A stretch of 64,000 nt of DNA from Strigamia acuminata. Its lineage: Eukaryota. A program made the translations under genes and the position numbers. The number at the start of each line of letters is the position of its first letter. The first letter of the stretch is position 1. The stretch is from positions 29,326,001-29,390,000 of the forward strand of contig OX442314.1 of the NCBI GenBank assembly GCA_949358305.1. The letters are read 5' to 3'. Below are positions 44,824 to 58,500 of this stretch, in pieces. A model generated the notes under the pieces. It did no database searches. It was not told the origin of the DNA and saw only the letters and a program-made list of their open reading frames with translations.

Positions 44824-45274
44824 AAACATTTTTCTTACGTCTTTCCCTTCACTCGCATTAACTGCAACCTCGCTACCACGAATGCTGCAGGAAAGCGCGC
44901 AATTGCCAACTTGGCTCTACCGGGGGTTTATGTCGTTTTCCTAAGTAATTGTGGCGAGGTGCTCAGACAAATTGCGATGTCTCAATTTGCCGGAACGACA
45001 ATGAAGAGCGACTTCTTCGTGGGTGGCTAAGCTGAGGATTTAAATCAGGTTTTAAATCAGATTTAACGGATCAATTTTTACCTCTCTTTATTCACTTGAT
45101 TTTTTGCGACGAGTAAAATCAAACAAAACACTTTAAAAGGAAATAATCAGTAAGTTTTATACACGAGAGGTCCGGGGACTATCACCCTTGTGACTGCAGT
45201 GCCATCTAACGGTACGGATATGAAACACTAATATACATTTTTGCCGACAGATGGCGCGGCGCTCGTTATAAGTG

Positions 45275-48200
45275 TCAAGTGGTTTTTGTATTTTGTGGAT
45301 GTTTTTCGTCGTGGTGATTCAAAACAGTTTCCTCCTCCAAAACCGAGACACCCCACGTGGTTTCCGGTGCATTGTTTTTCCTTTTTTTCAAATTGATTGT
45401 CGATTGCGATTGGAATCGGCTCGAGCGGTATCTGCGTTTGCCGCTGCGTTTGCGCAGATGGAAAGCGCCGTATATTACCGGATTGACCATGGAGTTGGAC
45501 ATTCCGAAGAAGAAGATGCCCGATTGCACTTCTTGGCTCAGCTGCGCTTCGGGGTCGAGGAAGATGTAAGTGAGCATCATCATGTAGTAGGGCGTCCAAC
45601 AGACGACGAATGCTAATACTATGACCACGGTGATTTGCAGCGATTTTATTTTCGCTTTTCGGAAGAGTTTTTGGCGTAAGACGTGCATCTGTTTGTCGGA
45701 ATCGCATTCCCGGAACACTTGCTCATTGCCTTTAAATAAAAGAATTTTGAATTTTGAAATTACATCAATTATTTTGCTAAATCAACATTTAAAACGGTTT
45801 GGGAATTATTTACTGTGAACCATTCTTTCTGAACCACCCTGTCTATTCGCAAATTCAATATGTGCATTCAAAGTTTGTGTGTTGATGAGTTGAAACAGTT
45901 GAAAGGCTGACGGGATTTAAAAACAAAAAGCTTACTCTTTTTAACACCTCGCATACATGTGTAGGCGTTGATGGTGTTATTAATATTTGAGTTATTGTGT
46001 TTATGCCATTAATACTTAAGTTTTAGTACTTAATTTTGCCACTAGAGTGTATCACTGTGAGTTATTTTTAGAACCTTAACAGGATGTGTGATTTCCTGTT
46101 TGGTTAATATTATTGAAGTGGAAGCATCATTATTTTTGTGCTGTCATTAAGCTGAGGATAATGAAGAAATCATACAATGGAAGGGTAGTTGCAAAAAGGT
46201 TACAGTAGAATGCTGATTATCTCAACATTGGTCAAGCAAACGATCAGTTATCTAAATAGTTGTGATCGAAAATTATTTTTAATGATTTTTTTTTATCGAT
46301 TTTTTTTATTTTTGTATACAGTAGAGTAAGTATAGCCTTGGACATGAAAATCGTCCCAGTCCAGCTTGAAGCTCACCTGCAGAATGAGAGTTTTCGGCTG
46401 TATCCACCAGGTAGTGCAAAAATTCACTGACAAGTTGTGACAAATTGACATTTAAATGATGTCATTCAATCATCTAAAGGCGATTGAGTGATTAGGCATA
46501 TATTTTACATCTGTTTTTGCTGTTTACAGAAACATATAAAACAATTGAAAAAACTTTGAGTGCACCTATTGATTTTCTTTTCCATCATTGGATTTAGATA
46601 ATGTTACTGAATCATCGACAGTAATCCCAATGATGCTTAGATGATTCTGTGATATCGTGTAATACTAAACCTCTAGTGACTAAACAAAAAATCAATCAGG
46701 ATTTGCATCCTTTGCAGCTGAGCCTGAGACCGAGAAAGATTTTTATGACCAGAGTTTAGGGAGCTTGCTGTAGTCCAAAGTTTACTTGGGGCTTTATTTA
46801 AAACAGTTTTTTTTTTCAACCTAAATTCTGATTTATTACATTCAAGATTTACAGGATTTGTGATAAAAGGTTGGAAAAATGTTTGAAAAATTTATGGGGC
46901 TTGTTGTATTTGCATTTTAAGATTTTCAGAAATTTATATGAAATTTACACGAAATTTTAAAGAGTACCGTATTTTACCGATTAATGCTGGGCGCACACAT
47001 ACTGTGATTTCGCATCTCGGCACAATCGCGTTTCCATTGCGCATGCGCAGATAATGTCATTTCCTTCGCGCCGGTTGGAAATGTACATTTGAAAATAGTA
47101 CTTGGGGCAAGTACTATTTCGCCCGCGATTCATGTCGCAGCCAATCCTAAGAGTTGCCCTCGAATAGTAGCTGAGACACCAAGCATACTGTATTTTTGCA
47201 AAAGTACGGTATTGTTTCTGTATTTAACCTCATGAACGATGAACGTGTGCTTCGTTCGTGACGTTCAGACTTCGTTTGTTACATTAAACAAATGTAAGAA
47301 ACGAAAAACCGAAGTTGTAATTGCTGACAAAAATGGCAGTTTTGAATAAGAGCCGTGGCTCTTAATTGACAAAATACGGTATTTAAAATTCGCTAGTAAT
47401 AAACTTTCTCCATTGTTCGATGAAAACTCTGGAGAATTTTGTGTATTTATGAGATTGGTTTATCTTCATCATCATCAGCTGTAATTTCTACTAACTGGCC
47501 TCAAATTTCTGGAATTAAATTTCTCAATTGAACGATAACCTTTGCCATCAACCTGTTAAACAATCCATAAATCTCAAGCCCCATATAGGATGAGCAACGC
47601 CTCTCAGCATTCGTCTAGTCAAATTAAATTGCGACAACATAAATTTACACAACTACACATTAAACCATTAAAATAGGCAATAAAGAGTTCATGGAGTCAG
47701 CATGCCTTTCTGTTGTAAATGTTTTTCGCTTTCTTGGTTATTTGGAAACTTTAAACTTTTTGCAGAATTATGTCTAGAAATTTTATGAATACTTTGTTTA
47801 GACAAGTTTCCAGGAAAAGAAATATTAAAAAGTTACCAAACAAAAATCAAAATTTGATGTTTTGTCAGTGTACGGCTAAGGATGCACAACACATGTATGG
47901 AAAATGACAGAACTGTTTTGGGCTTATGGTTAAAAAATATATTGAAATTATATTGCAATGTATTTTGTATGCTATTGGCTTGCAAATGATAATACATTTT
48001 GTAAAATGTATTATGAAATCAGTTCTTGGTACTATTATTTGTCAAATATGAATGTGTGCAATTGAATTATGAAATGAATTATTTAATGGACAATTATTAA
48101 ATTTAATTTTGTGAAATGCTATACATTTGGGAGTGCATTTAGTAAAAAGCGATAAATTGTATAATATATTTTTGAACCATATTTCATGGTTGGATAACAG

Positions 48201-50047
48201 CACAGATAGCATAGTGTTTGTGTGGATCAAAGACACAACCCATGTGTTGCTCACGGTACCCAGCCCATTCCCTAAGGGTTACCACAGTGAACAAGAGCGA
48301 AGGAGGGCCAAGATGCTTGTCTTGTGGTGGTTCTATCTAGCCCCCTTTTGAATAAAAAAAAAGCACGTGCATAAGAATGCTGACAGCTAACAATGAAATT
48401 AAAAAATTGAATTAATGGGCCATATGGTGGCAATCAAAAGTAGTATAACTGGTCGTTAATGTTCTGTTTTCCACTTCTGTTTTCGTTTACCCCCAAAACC
48501 GTCAACACCATTCGATTTCCCACCCTTGTCTACCCCTAAATCCAAATCTTGGAGATGATCTGAGTTGTGACCGGTAAAGTTATCTTACTAAATCAGTGGT
48601 CAGCAATAGGCGGATTGCGGTGCAGATACAGACCGCGGAAGGTCGAAACCTGGACCGCGGTGACGTTTTAGCGACAAGTCGTCTTGGCGACGACATATTT
48701 TAGCGACGTTTTTCCCTCGGTTTCTTTGGTGTTTTTGGTGTTTTTTTTTCTTGTTTTTCCTGTTTTTTCCCTGTTTTTTAGGTTTTATTGGTATTTTTTG
48801 GGTTGTGTGTGTTTATTGGGGAGTTTATTTGGTTTTAAAGTGTTTTTTCTGTTTTCTTAGGTTTTTCTTAAAGGTCAAGTGCACTGAGTGGGATTTTTAT
48901 ATTTTCTGAAAGCCCATATTAAAAAACTAATAATCATCGAGAAAAAAATTAAATTGTTTCAGTAATTATTTCAATTTAATGTAACAATCTAAAAACGTAG
49001 TTAACAAAAAGCAATGCATGATGGTTGCAGACGTCTTGCCCTGCGTCACCAGTTCGAATCAGACAGTCATACACACGCGCAGACTGACTGTCGATTCAAA
49101 ATTCGATTCGTAATTTTTTAAATGATTCAAGATTGTTCAAAAATGTTTTTTTTATGTAGCATTGATAGCAACTAAAATAAAATCATATTTTTTAGAATTT
49201 AAAATCAATCCTGTCATTGGAAAACAATGGATTGATTGAGGTCGGACATTTTGGATCCACCCAGATCCAAGAAGTGGATCCAGGTCAAATGAACTTTAGA
49301 ACAGACTACGTCATACTACCATCATGCATTGCTGTTTGATTCTTACGTTTTTGGATTATTATTATAAAATAATTACCGTAACAATTTAATTTTTTTTATG
49401 ATGATTATTGGTTTTTTAGTACGGACTTTCAGAAAATGTAAAAATCCCACTCAGTGCACTTGACCGTTAAGGTTTTAAGTGTTTTTTTTCTTGACCTTGA
49501 TAAAAATTTTCAATAGTATCCGGACCCCACTTAAAATTACTTGCTAACCCCTGTACCAAATATTCCTTGAAATGCTATACATTTTGGAATGCATTAAATG
49601 AAAAGCAGTATATTGTACAAAATATTTCTGAAAAAAAAATTATTGATAATTTTGCCGTCTGGGGATTACCTACAGACATCAGGAAACCTGGTGCCACAAT
49701 CAATCTAATTTGCTGTCTTGATAAATAAAATAGCCTGATAATTTTTTCAGACTCAGGATATTGTCTTTGACCAGCGAGAGAAATTGTCTTCGTGCTCCAA
49801 ATAATTATCAATAATTTTTTTTGCTCTCATGGTGTTACTTGAGAAAATCATTTTTTCACTTACGTGCTATGGTGTAAAAGGTGCAAATATACGTGGTGAC
49901 AATCGTGAGCAATGGAAAGATAAACATTAGCACCAATGTCGATGTTGTGTACAGTTTTTCTTCCCACACAGTCGTGTAGAATCCATAAGTGACACACTGA
50001 TAAAAGTCTTCTTCGAAAGGTCCTCGGCGCACGCGAAAAATGAACAC
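45275..50047 (-). CDS. CrzR: Corazonin receptor (GnRH-receptor family GPCR), last two coding exons (50047-49864, 45729-45275); TM1-4 exons not found in the window
   Basis: VFIFRVRRGPFEEDFYQCVTYGFY..WEE.LY, KAKIKSLQITVVIVLAFVVCWTPYY.MM and IFFFGMSNSMVNPVIYGAFHL match the corazonin-receptor signature as I recall it; the phase-1 splice joins in frame. Confidence 0.88.
46967..47379. mobile_element. pogo-like MITE (TA-CCGTATTT...AAATACGG-TA); partial relative at ~35820-36090
   Basis: Inverted termini, TA flanks and shared internal sequence. Confidence 0.75.
48872..49466. mobile_element. Non-autonomous DNA transposon with long TIRs and TTAA flanks (Kolobok/piggyBac-type)
   Basis: TTAA-AGGTCAAGTGCACTGAGTGGGATTTTTA ... 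TAAAAATCCCACTCAGTGCACTTGACCG-TTAA. Confidence 0.8.
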
Positions 50048-50404
50048 CTGCAAGTGACATTTATTTTTAAATTTCACACTTGGTTGAAATATACCACTTA
50101 AACTTTGACTCCAATGTGCTCTTTTTAATAAAATTATAGTATTCCAAATAAGGCTCAAGGCAGTGCAATTTAAATTCACTTTAATTGGGTTGGTGTCATT
50201 AAAAATAAGGATCTTGAACTGCAGTACACTTAAGGAGTAGGAGTTGGTGGAGTCGTCTTTTGGAAGCTTAAAGACAGGAGTGAAAGTAAAAATTGGAAGT
50301 CTCCGGAGCGCCGTTCAGGTAAAAGAGTTGGAAGTGCAATGCCGTTACGGTTTTAAAATCAGCAGGCAGCAAAGAAGAATAACAGTTTATTTCATTGGGA
50401 AAAG

Positions 50405-53005
50405 TGGAGTGTTCTGACTCCATTTTGTATTTGCGTACTTTATGACGCGCCCGCTTACGCGAGCGCCCTCTGTACTATTTGCATTTTATTAAACACACTT
50501 ATGTTAATTTCCAACTAAGACATGGCTGCTTATTTCGACCACTCCTAATTTTATCCACTTTCATCAATTATTCGACGATAAGAACACATTATTGGCGACG
50601 AGGTATGAACTTCTACAAAGAATCCACGATCTTCTGTGACTTTTTGTGTGTTTTTCCCGTCGTTTGATGTCAAATTGGACTTGCTGACCACGCGTTGACC
50701 GTTAGGCTTAGCACCTTGTATCGTGAGTTTTTGTGCCGTTTTCATCGAAATTTTTTTTTGCCGTGAATTATGCCGTTGTCGGGAACCCCCGAGAAATACA
50801 ACCCGCAAGACGACTGGTCGACGTACGTGCTTCAAATGAGTTGCGTGTTCGCCTGCAACAAAGTCGTCGACGACGCCGACAAAGTGAACACGCTTTTGTC
50901 GTGCGTGGGAATGGCCACGTTCGCGAAAATCGTCGATTTGACCCGGCCAAAGGACCCCACGACCATGAAGTACAAGGAAATAGTGGACCTGATGGAAAAA
51001 CATCAAAAACCAAAGCCCATTGCGCAAGGCGAAATTGTGCGGTTCCGCAACCGTAAACGAAATAAGGGCGAGACTGTTAGCGACTTCGCGGCGGCCCTTC
51101 ATTCCCTCACCAAATACTGCAATTTCGAGGATAATCAGGACGACGAAATGAGAAATCAGTTCATCGTTGGCCTAAATATGCGGCAAGTACAAGAAACCTT
51201 ATATTTGCAAAAGGACTTGACCTTCGCCAAGGCGCTCGAGGCGGCCACTTCTGCAGAGATTGCTGGGGCAGATGTTTCCAGTTTCGTGGACGCACCATCA
51301 ACGATCCACCAAATTAATAAACCCGGAAACTCCTCCAAATCCTCTTTTCATTCGCAGAGAAACGGTAGACGTCCCTCGAGAGGCTCCGGCGGCCAACACC
51401 ACCAGTCGGACAACACCAAATCGCAGCACGAAACGAAAAAGTGTAAACACTGCGGCAGGTCTGGACACCGACAGGACGAGTGCCGTTTCCGCACAGCCAA
51501 ATGTCACGGCTGTGGCGTCGAGGGCCACATCAAGCCCGTCTGCCGCGCGTCGAAATCGTCTACGTCCGCGCATCACACGACCGTGTCCGCCCCGAGAAAG
51601 CTGACTTTTTACACCGTGCGCGCGGAGAAAATTAAAACCCCGACCGCGGTGAACGCCGTTTCGATCCGTCACACCAAACCGTTGGTGCTCGAGCTGCGCG
51701 TGGCAGACCAGCTGCTCTGGATGGAACTGGACACCGGAGCCGGAGCGACAATAGTCAGTCGCGAGATGCACGCTAAATATTTTTCGAAATTTCAGTTGCA
51801 GTCACTTGACACCGAGCTGTCTTCATATGACGGCCACGCATTGCCCATGGCTGGAGTTTGCACTGTGCCGGTTGAATACGACGGAAAGAAGTATCATCTT
51901 CCGTTATGTGTCGCCGAGCACGGTCAAGTTCCGCTGTTGGGCAGGGATTGGATGGACGAACTCGGCCTGCTGTACGCGGCCGGTGCGGCGTTGCGCGCCG
52001 TCGTTTATCGCGCCTCCGCTGGCATTCCGTCGAAATCCGCACGACGTCGTGCTACACAACGTCGGGCAACGAACACGGACGATATACTTGCCTCCGCCGT
52101 CGCTCCAACTCGCGAGGCGGAAGTGCCTACTGCGCCCCAAGACGCGCCGTCGTTCCCGTCGATTGTTGCTGCCCCTGCGTATAAATCGCTTCCTCCTGTG
52201 GCTGCGGCAGCTAAAGATGCTGCGCCGCAATGCTCCGCCAGTGCAGCTGATCTCGAGACGTTGCGAACGATTTTGGACAAACGTAAACACGTTTCCCGCG
52301 ACGAAATTGGCCGGGTCAACGTGGCACCGCCGGCGCTTGAAAAGGAATTGCGTAAACGAATGGTAATTTCGCCTTCTCGCTCAATTGAAGGGGATGAGCG
52401 TCATTCTGGCCCATTTGTTGTGCCTCAGAACTCCACTGAGATTCCGCCAATTGTTCAAGCTCAACCTCAACTCGCGGCTCCTGACCAACCCCAGCCAAAT
52501 ATGCTTATTCCAATTCCTAACTCACCTCCGAGATTTCCTATTCCGTTGCTTCCTCCTCTTCCGCCGTCACCTCCTGCGCTTCAGTCCTTGCCTTAATTAC
52601 CTCCGCAAGCAGCTCGCATTGTACGGCCAGCCAGGAAAAGAAAGCCAACGCGATTTTACGGTTTTCCAGTGAATTTAAATTATGGATTGAGTTTGTAATT
52701 TGTTTAGTTAATTTGTTTTATTGTAATTCGATCTTAGTATGTTACATTTGTTTGTTATCACATTTGAATTTATTTGTATTTGAATTGCTCCCTTGTTGGT
52801 TCTCAATTAAGGGGATGATGGAGTGTTCTGACTCCATTTTGTATTTGCGTACTTTATGACGCGCCCGCTTACGCGAGCGCCCTCTGTACTATTTGCATTT
52901 TATTAAACACACTTATGTTAATTTCCAACTAAGACATGGCTGCTTATTTCGACCACTCCTAATTTTATCCACTTTCATCAATTATTCGACGATAAGAACA
53001 CATTA
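50405..53005 (+). mobile_element. Non-autonomous Mag/gypsy-type LTR retrotransposon (2.6 kb); LTRs 50405-50591 and 52819-53005 (187 bp), TSD AAAAG
   Basis: Apparently identical LTRs, PBS TGGCGACGAGG at 50593, PPT AAGGGGATGA, and 5-bp TSD at 50400-50404 and 53006-53010. Confidence 0.95.
50770..52596 (+). CDS. Gag-protease polyprotein (608 aa) lacking RT, RNase H and integrase
   Basis: Mag-type Gag with two CCHC knuckles; protease MELDTGA...LLGRDW; then an Ala/Pro-rich tail with no YxDD or DDE motifs. Confidence 0.92.
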   Translation: MPLSGTPEKYNPQDDWSTYVLQMSCVFACNKVVDDADKVNTLLSCVGMATFAKIVDLTRPKDPTTMKYKEIVDLMEKHQKPKPIAQGEIVRFRNRKRNKGETVSDFAAALHSLTKYCNFEDNQDDEMRNQFIVGLNMRQVQETLYLQKDLTFAKALEAATSAEIAGADVSSFVDAPSTIHQINKPGNSSKSSFHSQRNGRRPSRGSGGQHHQSDNTKSQHETKKCKHCGRSGHRQDECRFRTAKCHGCGVEGHIKPVCRASKSSTSAHHTTVSAPRKLTFYTVRAEKIKTPTAVNAVSIRHTKPLVLELRVADQLLWMELDTGAGATIVSREMHAKYFSKFQLQSLDTELSSYDGHALPMAGVCTVPVEYDGKKYHLPLCVAEHGQVPLLGRDWMDELGLLYAAGAALRAVVYRASAGIPSKSARRRATQRRATNTDDILASAVAPTREAEVPTAPQDAPSFPSIVAAPAYKSLPPVAAAAKDAAPQCSASAADLETLRTILDKRKHVSRDEIGRVNVAPPALEKELRKRMVISPSRSIEGDERHSGPFVVPQNSTEIPPIVQAQPQLAAPDQPQPNMLIPIPNSPPRFPIPLLPPLPPSPPALQSLP

Positions 53006-53064
53006 AAAAGGTAAACTTAACTCTGTAATATTTACTAGGCTAATATGTGGAATTATTATAATTA

Positions 53065-53530
53065 CCGTATTTCTTCAATTAAGAGCCACGGCTCTTAATC
53101 GAGGGCGACTACAAATCGAGGGCGACTCTTATTTCAATTGTGTACTACTTGTATATTCGGTACGTAATGTTCTCTGTATTCAGTGTTAGTTCTCGTGGTT
53201 CGATCAAGTGTGATTCTATTCTATTTGTAATATGTTTATTAGCCATTTGTTTACGGTTTATTCAGAACGTAACGTGCTCTGTATGCGCTACGTTCCGCTC
53301 GTTCAGCATATATGGCGTTAACCATTCGTTTCCATGCTCGTTTACCGTAAACCAGTGAACAAATTTGAAAAAATTTGAAAACCTGAACAGAAACCTCGAT
53401 TAAGAGTCGTTTTCGAATAACAGCCGCGGCTACTATTTGAGGGCGACTCTTATTTCAAACCTCCCTGAGCCGCGGTTATTACTTGAGGGCGGCTACAAAT
53501 CGAGCGCGACTCTTAATTGAAGAAAAACGG
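53065..53530. mobile_element. pogo-like MITE (CCGTATTTCTTCAATTAAGAG TIR), TA flanks
   Basis: Inverted termini and repeated subterminal GAGGGCGAC motifs. Confidence 0.8.
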
Positions 53531-54131
53531 TATTTAAAGCACTCAACCAACTGCGTTGTGATAAGAAATATTTTCTAGTTTTACCCGTAAGTGTTGTATG
53601 TCAGTGCTATTGAGCCATTAAGGAAAAGCACAAGGCTTTGAGAAAGGACGTAATTTTTCTTTTGTTGTATTTGGGAAACAGTTTATACTTTGCAAACTTT
53701 ATTCTCGAATTTCCATTTGTAACTTATATAAAAAGAGAGGCAATCATTTAGCATTAGCTTTATGGAAGTGGTGCCTAAGCAAAGCAGAATGCAAAGTGGG
53801 CAAGTTGGGAACTTTTCATTGTTTTCTTTATAGTCGTTATTTCTTATTTGAGATTGGGATTGTGGGATGTGAGCTCATAAATTTATGTTGAAATATTTAC
53901 ATTTTGCCAATACCCAATTGTGAGAAGACCTCCCGTTGCTATGTAAGTCTTGTGGACAATCCATAAAATAAACATGCTGTTACGTGTTACCACCATTGCA
54001 TTGCACATTATTACAAGCTACATTTTGCTATAAATAACACCTTAGGAGTCCATTAGTTCACTTGATCACTTCACATCAAGAAATCCACATTAAATACGTA
54101 AATGTTCATAAGTATTAATGAAAAATATGAG

Positions 54132-54470
54132 ATGGTTGATTCCCAAAACATCGATAAACTTGATAAAAACAACTTTGCAATTTGAAACTATCGATCAAGA
54201 TTGTTTGTGTCAAAAACAAAATTTAGAAGAATGTTCTGGCACAAGTAACAAAACATAAGTAAATTTAGTACGACAAATGGGTGCAAGAATATGCAGAATC
54301 TAAAAGCAAGTTGCTGCTTTCACTTAATACAACCCAACTAAAGCAACTTAAAAATTTACTTTCAACTAAAACTGCAAACGACATGTGGATGAAGCTGAAG
54401 GAGATTCACGAACAGTCGGGCGACATCAAAGATGGAATATGGACAGAAGTAAATAGATCACAAGATTGAA
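54132..54470 (+). mobile_element. Degenerate Ty1/copia gag relic
   Basis: MVDSQNIDKLDKNNFAI* ... KTANDMWMKLKEIHEQS resembles the copia Gag N-terminus; contains stops and frameshifts. Confidence 0.55.
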
Positions 54471-55106
54471 AAACAGTTGGAAGTCGATGAGTTGTACGAA
54501 CTGTTGCATTTGGATGGAAAAGATTGAAGGCGATTGTTGGAATTAAAGCTCGTTTATTGCGCCCGCACGCATGAATGCAATGAAAAAATTGAAAAGTTAT
54601 TTAAGAAAATTCATTTACAGATTGTAGTGGTCGGGCCACCAATGGAACTGAAAACGAGATAAAACACCTCCAATATCTTAATTTAAGACCACAATTTGAT
54701 TTGTCAAAACTGAATTGATCAGCTTTATTTTATATGTTTTTAATTTATATAATCAGTTTTTACTTTGTCTGTTCTCAATTTATATAATCAATTTTATTCT
54801 ATTTGTTTTTGATTCATGTCATTTAGGGTTTTTATTAGATAATTTTCAGTGTTTTTAATTATATAATTTTAGTGTTTTTGTCTAATTATATTTCAACATT
54901 TAGGTCACATTTGTATACAATTTGAGTTTGTGTGGTCTTTGCTGTTAGAGTGACCCCTCCTCATTTGAGGGGGATTTTGGTGTTCTGTTTTATTCCTCTT
55001 TCCTTATATAAACAACTGTGACACCCATCCTATTGGTGCCACACACTTTGAAATAAAAGTAAACCAGTCTCACATTTTCAACTGACCAGTCAAGTATCAG
55101 TGTCAG

Positions 55107-55518
55107 TTACCAAGTTTACATGTACTCACTTATCCAGATAAGTGAAAATGTGAATATTACTTTTGTGGAAAACTGCATGCGTTTACAAAGAATCAGTTTT
55201 CTAACAAAGATGACGTTACAAGACGTTTTTAACTCTCTGTTAAACTTGCGCATTAATCTTCCAGAATGCACTGCGCAGAAACAACATGTCACAGCATTGT
55301 TGTGACGCCAGCTTTTCTAGATAAGTAATGAGTGGGTGTTTACGTTGCAAATGACAATGCGCAAAACACCCAAAATCTACCTCAAACAAGTGGATTTTAG
55401 TTTTCCAGATAAGTTTGACTTTTCTGAAAAACTGATTTGTTTACATGATCAGTTTTCCAGAAAAGTAAATTTTGTATTTTTACTTATCTGGATAAGTGAG
55501 TACATGTAAACATGGTAA
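55107..55518. mobile_element. MITE with ~40-bp TIRs
   Basis: TTACCAAGTTTACATGTACTCACTTATCCAGATAAGT ... ACTTATCTGGATAAGTGAGTACATGTAAACATGGTAA. Confidence 0.8.
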
Positions 55519-58500
55519 TTTTTTGTGTCCCTCAAAACTAATTTTAATCAACTTTAATCGAGGACTGTATTTCCCCATATTTCTCTATCCAAATCGGAAA
55601 ATGTGTGTATTTTCAGAAATCTGAAGATGACATCACCATTTATGTTGACGATCTGATAAGTGCATTAAAGAATATCTAATGTGCATGGCACAAACCGCAT
55701 TTAGAGTTCTCTCGGAGACTAATTCACATTTAACGAACACAGATAAGCCCGTGTGATTTCATGTGTTGTGACAAACAAATAGAATTACTCTGTCGACCTA
55801 CATCAGTAAATTAGATTAACGCTTACCGCAGATTCGAACACTTTCACAGAGAATGAATAATGTTAATGCATGATCACGATCTTTGCAATAAGCTTTTGGA
55901 AAAATGAGGTCAGGTGATAAGGTTATGTGATCATAACAATGCTGCAATTGGTGAGGGGGCAAGTATCACAACTTTAGCATTTTTATTTTTTATTTATTTG
56001 CCAATTTTTTAGTTTTTAAAGGCTTTTATTTAACTTGACTTGAACATTTGTGTGTGTGTTTCAACTTCCGGTTTGTCTAAATTTGGGTGTTTTTTCCAAA
56101 AATCAATTCAGCATAACAAAAAATTAAAATTTGGGCTTCGTAGCGCCCTAGAACAGGTCATTCCACACATTATGAAAAAAAGAAAGAAAGAAAAGACTAA
56201 GTTTTCAGCGCTGTGGACTGGAAATACGAAGTATGAAACCTCTGATTTACGGCAAACTGTAAGCAAACCGGAGCGCCACCTGGCGGAACCTGTGTGTTTT
56301 AATGGATGCCAAAATGTTCGCCCGATACGAATTTTGATGTTTTCGGCACTAAAAAAGGATTTAAAAATCCTGAAACCACGCTCATTTGATTGGAAATTGC
56401 ATTCTGCACAAGCCTGTATGTTTCTTTTTTCGATTCGGTAAAAAAAAAGTAGGTTTATTGTGTTCGTGATTTGACCATAAAAAGAAAAAATATTAAAAAT
56501 GAACGATTTAAAAAATTAAAAATATGTTTCCTGTGCAGAATTTGCCGCTCTTTCAAATGGTGGTGATAACTTTTTGATCTGAGCTATATTTTTTTTTTTT
56601 GCTAAAAAACGATTTGTCATTTGGCAAATTTTTAGTATGGAATCAAATTTCGCAGGGTTACAGCATAAAAGCCTTTTTCAAAAACGTAGTTTTTTTGGTT
56701 TACTTGTTTGTGCATTGTTTTATATAAAAAAAATTAATTAATTACATGGTGGCTAATTTGCAAGAAAAATAATGTTGACCTTTAAACAAACTGCAATATT
56801 GTCAGAACAACTTTGATTTCTTCATTCCAAATGGAAATATGGATGGAATATTAATAACAACTTGATATTTACAATTTGAAATTTTTGAGGTAACTATTGA
56901 ATATTTTAGGTAAAAATTGCATTTTGGCATGAAAATTACATTACATTTTGACAAAAATTGCATTTTTTCATCCAAAATTGCATTTTTTCATCCAAAATTG
57001 CATTTTTTTACACGAAAATTGCACTTTTTCTGCATTTTCCTGTATTTTAAAACAATTGTTGCCCCCCTTTATGAGAAAACCATGCACAATGCAATTTCAA
57101 AAACGTCAAATTATTGTGGATGGAGCCAAAAGGCATTACATCAAGATTTTCCAAAGGTCTATTGTGCAGCCCAAATTTGACTATTTTGGTGGGGCCGCAT
57201 ACCGCAAAAGGGCAAACTAATGGGTCCTTATTACAGCATTCCCGTAAACGCAATCAGTTCAATTGGTCAAAGTTTAAATGCAGTGTAATGTCTTAAGGAC
57301 CCAATTTGCAGGCAGAAGTTTCCCAGGTGGAATATTATAATTTTTATTTGTACGAATTTCTGTCTTTCATAGTAACAATTCAAAAAAAAAGAGTAAAATA
57401 AGTTGTGACAACATAATAAAGTGTTCAAATGTGACAGAAAGAGATAAGGAGAATTCCACATACGAAATTGGTAATTGGATTTTCTTGTATTCATTGACCC
57501 AAGAAATGATTTAGTGGACCCTGTTACGCTTCACTCAGTAATCGGTAAGTTTCAAGTGTATTTCGGCTCAATTCTACCTCTTGTCACACATAAAAAGCTT
57601 CTGTTCATGGCAAAAAAAAATGATGGATCGCAGGCTTTTATTGAAAAGAGGGAAGGATGAGAAGGAAAAAAAGTTCCGACTTGAAGAGGAATTTTTTGTT
57701 GTTGTTGAATTTGGTATTGAAATTTGGACAAAGTTAGTTTTGCAGAATATTATTGGGAATTTAAAATAATAAAATGTAAGTCAAGATTTTGACAATTTAA
57801 TATTTTTTTTTGTTCCCACAAGAATGCTAACGTCATTTTGATGGAAAAATCTCAATATTTTGAAAAAGATTGATTTTTTTTAGGGTTCATATTTCCATAT
57901 TGTATAAAAAAGGTAAAAAAAAATAATAATAAAATATAAAACAAAATCAAGCAATTTCAGAATCAAATTGAAATTCACAATGGCAATCACATATTTCCCG
58001 TGGGGTTTTACCGCGCAGTCTCCGATTTGAAATATTAACCTTCAAAAATGTATAAAGCAAAAGTTTCTATTCTTTGAGCATTTCATTTTGATGTTTGAAA
58101 TGTAACCAATTTGTTATTTGTCAAGAAAGTTCTAACAAAGATGAAAATAATTGAAATTGAGTTCCATTGCAATGGGTAAACAAGGGAATTTGATCAAAAA
58201 ACAGAAAAGCCGTAGAGAAATAATCTATGGAAGCGAGCCGTCGAAAGCAGTCAGATCAACCGAGCCAAGCAAGAACAGAAGAAACATCAACTGGACAAAA
58301 ATTCCACAACAGCGACAGGCAATGCAGGGAAACAAACCCAAATGCATTTCTGGGCTTCACATAAAATTTTTATGCACTGAAAAAAAATTTAATTTCCATT
58401 GATTTTTAAGTAAATTGTGAAATTATTAATTTTCAACTTTTGCAAAAAGTAGTTAGAAAGACGTTGGATATTTTCAATCTTTGTAAATGTGTTGTAACAA

